Positions 8,010 to 17,606 of a stretch of DNA of 32,000 nt are shown piece by piece (positions within the stretch are counted from its first letter, which is position 1; each line of letters opens with the position of its first letter). The notes below the pieces were generated by a model. It saw nothing but the letters and a program-made list of their open reading frames with translations, made no database searches and was not told where the DNA came from. Origin of the DNA: a cyanobacterium endosymbiont of Epithemia turgida isolate EtSB Lake Yunoko (lineage in GTDB: Bacteria > Cyanobacteriota > Cyanobacteriia > Cyanobacteriales > Microcystaceae); the NCBI RefSeq assembly GCF_000829235.1, contig NZ_AP012549.1, forward strand, positions 2,490,001 to 2,522,000. The letters are read 5' to 3'. Both the position numbers and the translations under genes were made by a program.

Positions 8010-10271
8010 ATGGAATGGGATCGGCGGACTTTTCTAAAGACCTTGCTCACCTGGGGAATTAGTCAAGCAGGGCTTGAATGGTTCTCTAGGCAACCAAAAA
8101 TTAAACGTTACTATCAAACCTTAGCTACGCCAACCCCCCGTAAACTGGCATTGTTGGTAGGTATTGATGACTATGGTAGTCATTACAAGTTGAAAGGATG
8201 TGTTACTGATGTTGAGCGACAAAGAGAATTACTAATTTATCGCTTTGGGTTTGCCCCTAAAGATATCTTAACCTTAACGGAACAACAGGGAACTCGTGAA
8301 AGAATAGAACGGGCTTTCACCGAACATCTAATTCAACAGGCCAAAGCAGGTGATGTAGTGCTGTTTCACTTTAGTGGCTATGGCAATTATGTCAAGGAAA
8401 ATATTCATGATGTTTTCCCTCTCTCGTCGTCAACGCGAAAACGGGGTCTAGTTCCCAAAGATGGAATTTTATTAACTAAAGACACTCCTACAACCAACGA
8501 TTTTCTTGAAGAAACGCTCCTACTGTTAGGTCAATCTTTAGCCACTGATAAACTAACCATGGTCTTGGATACCAGTCATCAGTATTTAGGGAGAGAACTC
8601 GAAGGAAATCTACAAGGACGTTCCTTTCCATATGAGGCTCAACAACCTAGTCCAGAAGAAATGACCTTTCAAACTCAATTAAAAGAAACGCTCAAAGCTA
8701 AAAATGTCCAAGCTAAACCGTCACAAATAGTTGGCACTCTGCTAAGGGCTGCTCAACACCAGCAAGTAGCCACTGAAATCATGGGTAATGGCTTTAGTAC
8801 CGGTTTATTCACCTATCTCTTAACCCAATATCTCTGGCAAGCAACCCCCACTAGTAAAACTATAGTTTTACTAGAAAATTCCAGTGAACATATGTTTTCC
8901 ATCAGGGGACAACAACAACAACCTCAACTCCAAGCGAACCAAAAACAGCCTCTTTTTACCTACTATCTACTTCCAGTTACCCCCCAAGGAGCTGAGGGGG
9001 TAATTATACAAGTAGAAGAAAAAACTACCGCCACCATCAAACTAACTGGACTGCCTCTATCGGCCATGCAACACTACGAACTTAATTCTTGCTTTAAAGT
9101 GGTTGGCTCCCAATCCTTACACCCCATTATTGTCCAATTGTATTTCCGTGACGGACTAACTGGTAAGGTTCGACTGCTCGAGATACCACAAGACCAAACT
9201 GACATATCTCCCCTACAAAAGGGACAATTGCTTCAAGAAACCTTGCGTGTGATTCCCAAAACTCTAGGACTTACTGTTGCCCTCGATAAAAACTTAGAGA
9301 GAATTGAAAGGGTTGATGCGACGAGTGCTTTTGCTTCAATGAAAATCGTCTCGTCAGTCATTACAGCAGGAGAATCAGGAGCTGATTGCGTCTTAGGACG
9401 ACAACAAAAGACATTAATTCTTGATGAGAGAGATTCATCTAAATTAGAAACAGAAGGAGGCTATGGACTCTTTTTACAAGGGGGTATCCCCGTTCCTAAT
9501 ACCTTCGGTCAATCAGGAGAAGCCATTAAATCGGCTGTCGAAAGGCTTCAACCCGCCTTGAAAAAACTCTTGGCTATCAAATGGTGGCGGCTTACTATTA
9601 ATGAAGGTTCTTCGGGATTGGGGCTAGGGGTAACCCTCAAAAATCTTGATCAAGATCCTTCCCTAATGCTACGACGACAAACTCTACGCAAACTATCGTC
9701 GTTGAAAACATCTTTACCCCTAACTCAGGCTGATTTCTTACCGTCGACAAGTTTTTCTCCCAATTCTCTACAACTCCAGTATTTACCCCAACTACCCCAA
9801 GGAAGTCGTTTCCAATGTCAATTGGAAAATCGAGGTGATTGTCATATCTATTACCTAATTTTAGGAGTAGATGCCAGTGGGCAAACCACCGCCTATTTAC
9901 CTCCTCAACAAAAAAATCAAACTCAACAGACAGCCCACTTATCCCCAGGAGAAAGCCGACTTGTTCCATTCTCTTCTCGAGGACTTGACTGGACATTAGC
10001 TAGTAGTCAGGGATGGGGACAAATGATGATTGTCGGTTCTAAATTCCCTTTTATAAAAACTTTAGAAACCCTAGCAGAGTTTCCAGGATTTAAACTTGAC
10101 CAGGGGCAAATATTTACTCTAGAGGAGCCACTCAAGATCACACAATCACTCTTAGGAGACTTAAATACTTCTAGAGCTTTTTCAACTGAATTAGCTGCAA
10201 CACTCACCGATAGCTATGCTCTTGATAGCAGTACTTGGAGCACTTTAAGTATTGTTTATCAAGTTATTTAG
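8010..10271 (+). CDS. Caspase-fold (peptidase C14, orthocaspase-like) protein with a substituted catalytic dyad (pseudo-orthocaspase), 753 aa. It has an N-terminal twin-arginine-like motif and a long C-terminal region.
   Basis: This is a track ORF. The p20-like block reads LALLVGIDDYGSHYKLKGCVTDVERQRELLIYRFGF...GDVVLFHFSGYGNYV...LTMVLDTSHQY. The canonical HFSGHG His is Tyr124 (tat 8379-8381). The canonical D-x-C-H Cys is Ser189 (agt 8574-8576). Residues 4-10 DRRTFLK match the Tat consensus (S/T)RRxFLK. The C-terminal stretch GDCHIYYLILGVDASGQTTAYLPP resembles a DUF4384-type domain (from memory). Confidence 0.8.
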   Translation: MEWDRRTFLKTLLTWGISQAGLEWFSRQPKIKRYYQTLATPTPRKLALLVGIDDYGSHYKLKGCVTDVERQRELLIYRFGFAPKDILTLTEQQGTRERIERAFTEHLIQQAKAGDVVLFHFSGYGNYVKENIHDVFPLSSSTRKRGLVPKDGILLTKDTPTTNDFLEETLLLLGQSLATDKLTMVLDTSHQYLGRELEGNLQGRSFPYEAQQPSPEEMTFQTQLKETLKAKNVQAKPSQIVGTLLRAAQHQQVATEIMGNGFSTGLFTYLLTQYLWQATPTSKTIVLLENSSEHMFSIRGQQQQPQLQANQKQPLFTYYLLPVTPQGAEGVIIQVEEKTTATIKLTGLPLSAMQHYELNSCFKVVGSQSLHPIIVQLYFRDGLTGKVRLLEIPQDQTDISPLQKGQLLQETLRVIPKTLGLTVALDKNLERIERVDATSAFASMKIVSSVITAGESGADCVLGRQQKTLILDERDSSKLETEGGYGLFLQGGIPVPNTFGQSGEAIKSAVERLQPALKKLLAIKWWRLTINEGSSGLGLGVTLKNLDQDPSLMLRRQTLRKLSSLKTSLPLTQADFLPSTSFSPNSLQLQYLPQLPQGSRFQCQLENRGDCHIYYLILGVDASGQTTAYLPPQQKNQTQQTAHLSPGESRLVPFSSRGLDWTLASSQGWGQMMIVGSKFPFIKTLETLAEFPGFKLDQGQIFTLEEPLKITQSLLGDLNTSRAFSTELAATLTDSYALDSSTWSTLSIVYQVI

Positions 10272-10787
10272 GAAATGACTTAAATTTCAGATAAAATAGT
10301 TAATTAAACTTACAACAATCTAGGAATCGCTATTGATTTTATGCCCGATTACCATTAATTGATTAACTTTTTCAAAGTTTTAAAACGGCAAACAATACTC
10401 ACTTTCCTAGGTATCGAAATGATGAGGTAAGAGAGATTATAATTTATATTTTAAATTTACTGAGAAATAAATATTTTTGAAACAATAAATATTAGGAAGA
10501 ATTAATGCTGACAATATATTTAATTTTATCTATCTTTAAAAGAGTAGTCATAGAAAAAAAATTATTTTTTTCCATTCTCAGCTTATTGTTTAGAACAGGC
10601 GGTTCACATTGAAGACTGAGAGAAATAGCTATTCCCCGACTGACCATTTACCGATAATATAGAAAATGCTCACTCCAATTAATTAATGTTAATTAGTGAC
10701 ACAGACCTTAGGAAATGTATTATCCGCCTCATTTCCTCCCCATGACGACACCCTCGGAAGGGGTACCTAGCGGTAAATTAAGGATTC

Positions 10788-11036
10788 ATGAACCAAGAAA
10801 TCTTTGAAAAAGTTAAAAGTATCGTTATTGAACAACTTGAAGTTGATCCAGCAACGGTAACACCAGAATCAAGTTTTGCTAATGACTTAGGAGCAGATTC
10901 CCTAGATACTGTTGAGCTGGTTATGGCATTAGAAGAAGCATTTGATATTGAAATTCCTGACGAAGTAGCCGAGCAAATTGACACAGTGAGCAAAGCTGTC
11001 GAACACATCAGCAAAAAAATTGCAGCAACCACTTAA
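10788..11036 (+). CDS. acpP: Acyl carrier protein, 82 aa.
   Basis: This is a track ORF. It has the phosphopantetheine attachment motif [17 protein letters not shown] and typical length. Confidence 0.97.
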   Translation: MNQEIFEKVKSIVIEQLEVDPATVTPESSFANDLGADSLDTVELVMALEEAFDIEIPDEVAEQIDTVSKAVEHISKKIAATT

Positions 11037-11127
11037 CCTCACTTGTTGGGAGAGATTGCTGTCTCCATCCCTTACTCTCCCTATAATATACGGGGCAGAG
11101 TTAGCCTAATATCTTTAAGCGAAGATC

Positions 11128-12378
11128 ATGACCAATTCAGAATTAAAGCGCGTTGTCGTAACAGGACTAGGTGCAATAACCCCCATTGGCAATAACCTGA
11201 TGGAATATTGGGACGGATTAGTTAGTGGCCGCAATGGGATTGGTTTAATTACTCATTTCGATGCCGCCCAGCATACCTGCCGTTTTGCCGGAGAAGTCAA
11301 GGGATTTGACCCCCACGATTACTTAGACCGGAAAGAAGCTAAACGGATGGACCGTTTTGCACAATTTGGGGTAGCAGCGAGTTTACAAACCTTAGCTGAT
11401 TCTCAGTTAGTGATTAATCAGCTTAACGCAGACCAAGTAGGAGTCATGATTGGGACGGGAATTGGCGGTCTAAAGGTACTCGAGGATCAACAAAAAATCT
11501 ACCTTGACCGTGGCCCCAGTCGTTGTAGTCCCTTCATGATTCCCATGATGATTGCCAATATGGCTGCTGGATTAACAGCAATCCATACAGGAGCTAAAGG
11601 ACCAAATAGCTGTACTGTAACTGCTTGTGCTGCTGGTTCCAATGCTGTGGGAGACGCTTTTCGCCTAGTGCAACGAGGTTATGCCAAAGCGATGATTTGT
11701 GGGGGGACCGAAGCTGCTATTACGCCTTTGGGAATAGGCGGATTTGCGGCAGCTCGAGCTTTGTCAACTCGCAATGATTCTCCAGCAATGGCCTGTCGTC
11801 CTTTTGATCGTGATCGCGATGGCTTTGTGATGGGTGAAGGGGTGGGAATCCTAATCCTTGAAGAACTCGAACACGCTCTTGATCGTGAGGCTAAAATCTA
11901 TGCCGAAATCGTCGGCTATGGGATGACTTGTGATGCTTATCATATGACATCTCCCGTTCCTGATGGTTGCGGCGCAACACGAGCTATGGAACTGGCGTTA
12001 GCCGATGCGGGACTGATTCCAGAACAAGTAAGTTACATTAATGCTCACGGAACCAGTACTGTAGCTAATGATGTCACGGAAACTAAAGCTATTAAAAAAG
12101 CTTTAGGAAAACACGCTTACGAAATTCTCATTAGTTCTACAAAGTCGATGACAGGCCATTTATTAGGGGGGTCTGGAGGCATAGAAGCAGTAGCTACTGC
12201 CATGGCGATTGCTAACGGAAGAGTTCCTCCTACAATTAATTTAGATAATCTTGATCCTGAGTGTGATCTTAATTATGTACCTCATGAAAGTCGCTATTGT
12301 AATATCAAAGTTGCCCTATCTAATTCCTTTGGATTTGGTGGACATAATGTCACTTTAGCTTTTAAGAAATATCAGTAA
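11128..12378 (+). CDS. fabF: 3-oxoacyl-ACP synthase II (KAS II), 416 aa.
   Basis: This is a track ORF. It has the active-site Cys context (SCTVTACAAGSNA), His blocks (YINAHGTST, KSMTGHLLG) and the C-terminal NSFGFGGHN. It sits immediately downstream of acpP, as is usual. Confidence 0.95.
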   Translation: MTNSELKRVVVTGLGAITPIGNNLMEYWDGLVSGRNGIGLITHFDAAQHTCRFAGEVKGFDPHDYLDRKEAKRMDRFAQFGVAASLQTLADSQLVINQLNADQVGVMIGTGIGGLKVLEDQQKIYLDRGPSRCSPFMIPMMIANMAAGLTAIHTGAKGPNSCTVTACAAGSNAVGDAFRLVQRGYAKAMICGGTEAAITPLGIGGFAAARALSTRNDSPAMACRPFDRDRDGFVMGEGVGILILEELEHALDREAKIYAEIVGYGMTCDAYHMTSPVPDGCGATRAMELALADAGLIPEQVSYINAHGTSTVANDVTETKAIKKALGKHAYEILISSTKSMTGHLLGGSGGIEAVATAMAIANGRVPPTINLDNLDPECDLNYVPHESRYCNIKVALSNSFGFGGHNVTLAFKKYQ

Positions 12379-12397
12379 ACAAGAAAGATAAATTATG

Positions 12398-12424
12398 AAT
12401 CTCCTTACTGTTAGTAAGGAGATT
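12398..12424 (+). terminator. Hairpin 20 nt after the fabF stop.
   Basis: aatctccttact (12398-12409), gtt loop, agtaaggagatt (12413-12424), a perfect 12-bp stem. No strong U-run follows, so termination efficiency is uncertain. Confidence 0.5.
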
Positions 12425-13756
12425 GTCAATTATCAAGTCGACCAATCAAACTAAAAAATATGACTTTTATAGAATAACTGTGACAAAAGTTTAATAAACA
12501 AAAGCTAAAAGTTTTGCTTCCAAATATAAATTAAACCAGACTTAAAATACAGTTGTTATCTTAAATGTTTTAAGTTTAAAGACGAGTTTGACAAGTATCT
12601 AAAGTAGTAACTGTAAAAGTCAAAATTAAAATTATTGTTTAAAAATAACAATAGACAAGGCCGATTAACCTTTATTTTCAACTCCCATAGAATTTTTTAG
12701 TACAGATTAAGTAGAAGAAATTAGTCAAGTAAAAAAGTCATAAATTTTTTTGTGGCTAGATGCTTAGTAAAGTGTTTAGGGTTTTTTCATAAAATCCAGC
12801 TAAACTAGACTGAGAGTGATGAAACTAACGATACACTACTAATTCCATCAGAGTTTTTACTCTGATCACAATGCTTAGTAAAAGTATCAATCCTTTAATT
12901 TACTTCTAGTATTAAAAATAAATTAGTAGAGCAGGTAAATCAATCTTTTAGGGAAATCCTCTCCAAAAACTAAATTATGATTTACAAACATTCCCAGTTT
13001 GTAATTAAGGTCAAAACAAAAAATTGTCAATCAGAAGACTCGACACTGCTGATCTCACAGCCTTTATAGACTTTTTTCTAGTTAATTCTTTTCTCCATTG
13101 AGAATTTAGGATATTCAGTTAAACGTCAAACGATAATTCTTCAAAACTTATTGAAGCTTGTCTGCAAATAACTGCTCATTTTTCTCAGTATTTCTACGTA
13201 AAAATAAAGCTTTTTCTCAAAAGTTAAACATCTTTTTAAGTCTTTAATCTAACAAAATACCAAGACATCCTATCTAGTAAATATTGATTTTTCTTCTCAT
13301 TTAATGACTTTTTCTTGATTTTAGGTCAATATTTGGCGTTTATTAATATATTTTTAAAATTATTACTAATTTATAGTAGTTCTGATTTGCTTGATCTTTT
13401 TCGACTATTTTAATTATTTTTGTTAGATAATTCTTACCCAATTAGCTAACAATTTTGGACGCAATTGGAATATGGCTCAGGAAAAACAACAGATTTATTT
13501 ATCTCTGTAACTTTTAACTTCATTCTTTGAAGTTAACATTTTTTAATTCTTCAAATATAGGAATTCTTTATAATTTAAAATTTTTGTCTACTTTTTCCAC
13601 GTTGGTAGATGATCTAATTCATACCCTCCATTTCCAGCTGGCTACTAATAAGTATATTTTTAACAGGTCTAAATATAGCTGATATTTAGACCCTTGATCC
13701 TTAATAAGGGTGTTTATCTTCACTATACCTAAATTCGTAGATTTTTTTAAAGTCTT

Positions 13757-14290
13757 CTAGGATGTGATGACATGTTGAGAAACCGCTGATGTCACTTCTC
13801 GCTTGGGTGAACAATTGATAGGCTTTAAAAAATGTTCTAACAATGACGTATCTATCTGAGGAATGGTCCCTATATATATCAATAATTCGGAAATAATCTC
13901 CACAAAGGTCATCTTTTACTTTTTTATCTCCTATTTTCTATCCTGTTCTTCTTTCTAGGCTTCTTTAAAGCTCTTATACTCATTTTTTAGGGGATAAATT
14001 CTACGGTTAGTTTCACTCACAACATAAGTCAATAAAGATATCGTTAGTTCCCCCTAACTTAATCCTTTACGATTGCCATGGGTTTATCAGAGATGATTGT
14101 TTATTATTAATACAACTTTGATTTATTTCGAGCCATCAATAATTGAGAGAAGATTATCTATTCATTCTAACTGTATCTAAGACACATTTTTAAAACTGAT
14201 TATTGTCCAACATTTGAGTAGACAACGACCCCAACCTTTCTATCCCACTCTACCTTTTTAATACTAAGCGAGGGGTTAATTAAATAATTG
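13757..14290 (-). pseudogene. Possible relic of an SGNH/GDSL-type hydrolase (tentative).
   Basis: Minus-strand translation gives IKLGGTNDIF (GGTNDI encoded by 14054..14037), which looks like SGNH block III. About 62 codons upstream is RLGSLSTQ (near 14215-14235), a possible degraded block I GDS(L)T. About 70 codons downstream is LLEHF..P, ending at a stop at 13759..13757. The spacing resembles the Ser-Asn-His spacing of small SGNH hydrolases. The region is full of stops, and the call rests on motif and spacing only. Confidence 0.3.
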
Positions 14291-14668
14291 AATAGTTGTT
14301 GATCATTATCGAATTTTTTATTCTTTTTTAAAAATTATTCAAAAAATATAACACTTTTTTTCTAAGTTTTCTCCCCTTCACTTCTCAGAAAATCCTCAAA
14401 TCTTTCTCTTCTTTGAAGAATACAGAGAAATTACTCTCCGATTTAGATAGGAATATAGATTCAACACAATCTGCAATTTCTTTAACTTTTTATTCTTTTG
14501 TATTTAAATGCAAAACTCCTGATCTTGTTCTCGTTCTGAAGAGAATTTCAACAGAAGCAGAGTTAGAAGGGCAGGTTGGCATTTAGCGATCACTTTTTTT
14601 CAACTCCTTTGCCATTTTACACTTATCTAAACTAACCTACCTATTTAGTTAAGAAAGAGCCCAAAATA

Positions 14669-16030
14669 CTAACTTGACCAAAAAATTCGAGCAAATAAAC
14701 AAGCAGATAAAATTCCTGAAGTATCTGCTAACAAAGCAGCTACTAATCCATGGCGAATATTCGTAATCCCAATTGCTCCAAAATAAACCGCTAACACATA
14801 AAAAGTAGTTTCTGTACTACCCATAATAATTGAAGAAACAAAGGCACTGTAGGAATTGGGATCGCGTTCTATCGCCTCAGTCATTAAGGCAAATGCACCA
14901 TTTCCAGACAAGGGACGTAATAAAGCCATCGGTAATACATCTACTGGAAGACCAATCCAGTTGGTATAGGGACTCAAAACATGAATAACTTTATCCATTG
15001 CCCCCGATGCACGAAACATGCCAATGGCTACTAAAATTGTTACTAAAAAGGGGATGATTCGAATGGCAATATCAAACCCTTGTTTAGCTCCTTCAGTGAC
15101 TGCCTCATAAACTTTAACTCCCCGTCCGATACCATAGACAACAATTAATAAAATTAACGCAGGAAGTAACCAATGAGAGATAAATTCTTGGCGGATAAAT
15201 TCTCCTAAATTACTGCTATTGGTTGCCCGATAAAGAATAGCTCCTAAAAATGCTCCAAAACATCCCCAGGAAAAAAAGCGAGATAATAAACCAGGGGAAT
15301 ACAAAAGATGCTCAAAATTGGAGTTTCTTTCTGTTTCTATTAGGCTATTTATTTTAATGGATTTCTCTTTTATCTCAGATGTCTGCAGAAAAGGTTGAAA
15401 AGACAATTTAGCATAATTTTGATCTCTTTGTCCCAACCAAGCTGAAACCGAGATTCCTAACACTGTCGAAACCGTTGTTGCTAAGAAAGTGGGTATCCAA
15501 ATAGCAGCAGGAAGGGTACTTCCTGCTGCTGCCCGCACCCCAATGACTCCCAGGGGGAATAGTGCAACACTAGAAGTATTGATCACTAAAAATAGGCACA
15601 TAGCATTAGTAGCTGTTCCTGGAAGGGGATTGAGCTTATCGAGTTCTGCCATCGCCTTCAGCCCAAACGGGGTAGCGGCATTTCCTAGTCCTAACATATT
15701 GGCAGAGATGTTTAACAACATTGCCCCCATCGCGGGATGACTGGGAGGAACATCAGGAAATAACTGAATCATCAAAGGTTTAAGCCATTCTGCTAGGGTT
15801 AACATTAATCCTCCAGCTTCTAACACGCGGATTAATCCTAACCACAGTGCCATAATTCCAATTAACCCAACGGCTAATTCAACAGCACTTTTCGCTGAGT
15901 CTACACTAGCTTGGGTTATGGCTTCCATCCCGCCTGTATACGCTGCTAAGAGGATAGAAATGGACATTAGGCTGACAAAAACAAGGTCAATTGCGCTGGG
16001 CCGTCCAGCCTGAGAACGCAGAAAGGGCAT
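14669..16030 (-). CDS. Polytopic membrane protein with nucleoside-recognition (Gate) domains, fused SpmA/SpmB-like, 453 aa.
   Basis: This is a track ORF. It is highly hydrophobic throughout. The N-terminal half resembles SpmA and the C-terminal half SpmB (LRPLSGNGAFALM, GSTETTFYVLAVYFG blocks), as in proteins annotated as cyanobacterial nucleoside recognition domain proteins. Confidence 0.7.
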   Translation of the reverse strand: MPFLRSQAGRPSAIDLVFVSLMSISILLAAYTGGMEAITQASVDSAKSAVELAVGLIGIMALWLGLIRVLEAGGLMLTLAEWLKPLMIQLFPDVPPSHPAMGAMLLNISANMLGLGNAATPFGLKAMAELDKLNPLPGTATNAMCLFLVINTSSVALFPLGVIGVRAAAGSTLPAAIWIPTFLATTVSTVLGISVSAWLGQRDQNYAKLSFQPFLQTSEIKEKSIKINSLIETERNSNFEHLLYSPGLLSRFFSWGCFGAFLGAILYRATNSSNLGEFIRQEFISHWLLPALILLIVVYGIGRGVKVYEAVTEGAKQGFDIAIRIIPFLVTILVAIGMFRASGAMDKVIHVLSPYTNWIGLPVDVLPMALLRPLSGNGAFALMTEAIERDPNSYSAFVSSIIMGSTETTFYVLAVYFGAIGITNIRHGLVAALLADTSGILSACLFARIFWSS

Positions 16031-16229
16031 AAACTATTAGAGTAAGAGTTAAGAGTTAACATTCGTGTAAGTCTGTGTCTAAAACATTATCCCCGATTTT
16101 AGTTCTGCGTCAAATAATTTGAATCTAAGACTTGAATTATAAATTTTAAAAAATAAGGCTAGTTTTTAAAATTTATACGAAGTCCAAAATATGTTTTAAA
16201 ACAACTTTAAATTTTAGCCAAGAAGTTAC

Positions 16230-17383
16230 TGCCTAATTACTGATGATCACGGTACAATAGCAGTTACTCTATATCTTAATTTATTTATTCGGTCATTGAT
16301 AATTAGGGATCAACTCTTCGCTATCAGTGATTACATTGTTTTTCTAACCTCATCAGCCATCTATGGTATCTTTTTTTGTACTAAAGTTGAACCTATAATG
16401 GGGTTTACAGGACTTACCAACTTCGGAACAGTGGCATTTATGACCTTGAGATCTTAGACCACAGCTCTCTTAAGTATTAAAGGCTTTCCTATTATTCCTG
16501 CTGTCTTAATTGGGGTGATTTTTCAGCAATTCTAGAGTTAGGAATTTTTCTATCGACACTGTCTTTAGGAGAAAACTATTTAGCAATTGTTACTATTGGC
16601 ACATCTGAATTAATTTGTCTAAATTGCTAATCATGAAGAATGGCTGATGGATTGGATTTTGATGTTAAAACCTATCCCATTGCCTTAGATTTTAAAGCAA
16701 ATTTATTTACTAATTTTATTTTGCTCATTGTGTTAAAGTTATTAACGATGGCGACAACATAAATAAATATAATAAAAAAGTATTAAACATAAAAAAACTA
16801 TGAGTTTGATTATCTCGGGAGTTCTAACTATATCATTGATTATTTTAGTTTATATTCCTAAGACTGTTGCTATTTCCAACTAGACGTACAAAGCTGGATT
16901 GATGGTGTTAACTTTATTGACATTAGCCATTGTTTATACAGGATTTTTTAGTTCATCCCCCTTGGGTACGCATTTTAAAAACAATTAGAGAGGATGAAAA
17001 CATTGCCTAAACGTTAGGAAAGAATATCTTATTGTATAAATTGGAATCATTCATGTTAAAGAAGTGATTTTAAGGATTTTTCTTTGCTTAGCAATTAGCC
17101 ACTATTTTTCTAAACAATTCCGAACTATTATTAACTTTTAATACTTGGAATATTGTTGTTTGAGGAGCTACAATTAAGTAACGCAGTAGTAATTTCCGTG
17201 TAAACTATTTTGTGTACTTATGATTCTATAACTAGTTTTAGTTTACCTCAATTAACAATGTTTATTCAGAGTCAGGTGGGGACATTTAATGTCATGTTTA
17301 CTAGCTTAATTTTAATGATATTAATAGTCTTGTAACCTCAAGTAATTTCGGGAAAAAAAGAAGAACTTCTTCTAGAAAAATGA
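16230..17383 (+). pseudogene. Decayed LivM/NatD/UrtC-type ABC transporter permease (branched-chain amino acid or urea family).
   Basis: 16362-16457 translates YGIFFCTKVEPIMGFTGLTNFGTVAFMTLRS*, then TTALLSIKGFPIIPAVLIGVIF (family block: GLNL..G.TGL.NFGH.AFM.LGAYTTALL). About 16966-17070 translates VRILKTIREDENIA*TLGKNILLYKLESFMLKK* (family block: GR.L.AIREDE.AA.ALG.N...YKL..F). 17282-17383 translates TFNVMFTSLILMILIVL*PQVISGKKEELLLEK* (family C-terminus ..RPQG..G). There are multiple stops and at least one frameshift. Overall length is close to an intact gene. Confidence 0.75.
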
Positions 17384-17562
17384 TTTCTAGAAGAATAAAG
17401 ATTGTGGAATTTATAGAATACAGTAAGAAAAAATTAGGAAGTTATTAGCTACTAATTTATCATACTCAGTCTATAAGAGTTGTGAAATATAATTTTCATA
17501 AATTTTTTGTACATTTGCAATTATCAATTACTCAAGCGAAAATACTAAAATAGATGAGAAGA

Positions 17563-17579
17563 GGTGGGACCTTCCCACC
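17563..17579 (-). terminator. GC-rich hairpin about 28 nt downstream of sufS.
   Basis: ggtggga (17563-17569), cct loop, tcccacc (17573-17579). On the minus strand it is followed by TCTTCTCATCTATTTT. Confidence 0.45.
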
Positions 17580-17606
17580 CCAAAAAACGCAGACTGTTCT
17601 TTATTA

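Noticed and set aside
8010-10271. Caspase-like protein as an active protease effector of a defence or programmed-cell-death system (for example a gasdermin partner or CRISPR-associated protease).
   Set aside because: Both catalytic residues are substituted (Tyr, Ser). No partner genes flank it, only tRNA-Val on one side and acpP on the other. The substitution pattern matches a known inactive cyanobacterial subfamily.
13790-13960. Short minus-strand ORF MTFVEIISELLIYIGTIPQIDTSLLEHF... considered as a transposase or HTH fragment.
   Set aside because: It has no diagnostic transposase motif. It lies in frame with, and is better explained as, the distal part of the tentative SGNH-like relic. Even that assignment is weak.
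12379-14668. Remnant of transketolase, which often follows acpP-fabF in cyanobacteria.
   Set aside because: I could not find any transketolase block (GHPG, THDSIG.GEDGPTHQP etc.) in any frame. This cannot be excluded without an alignment.
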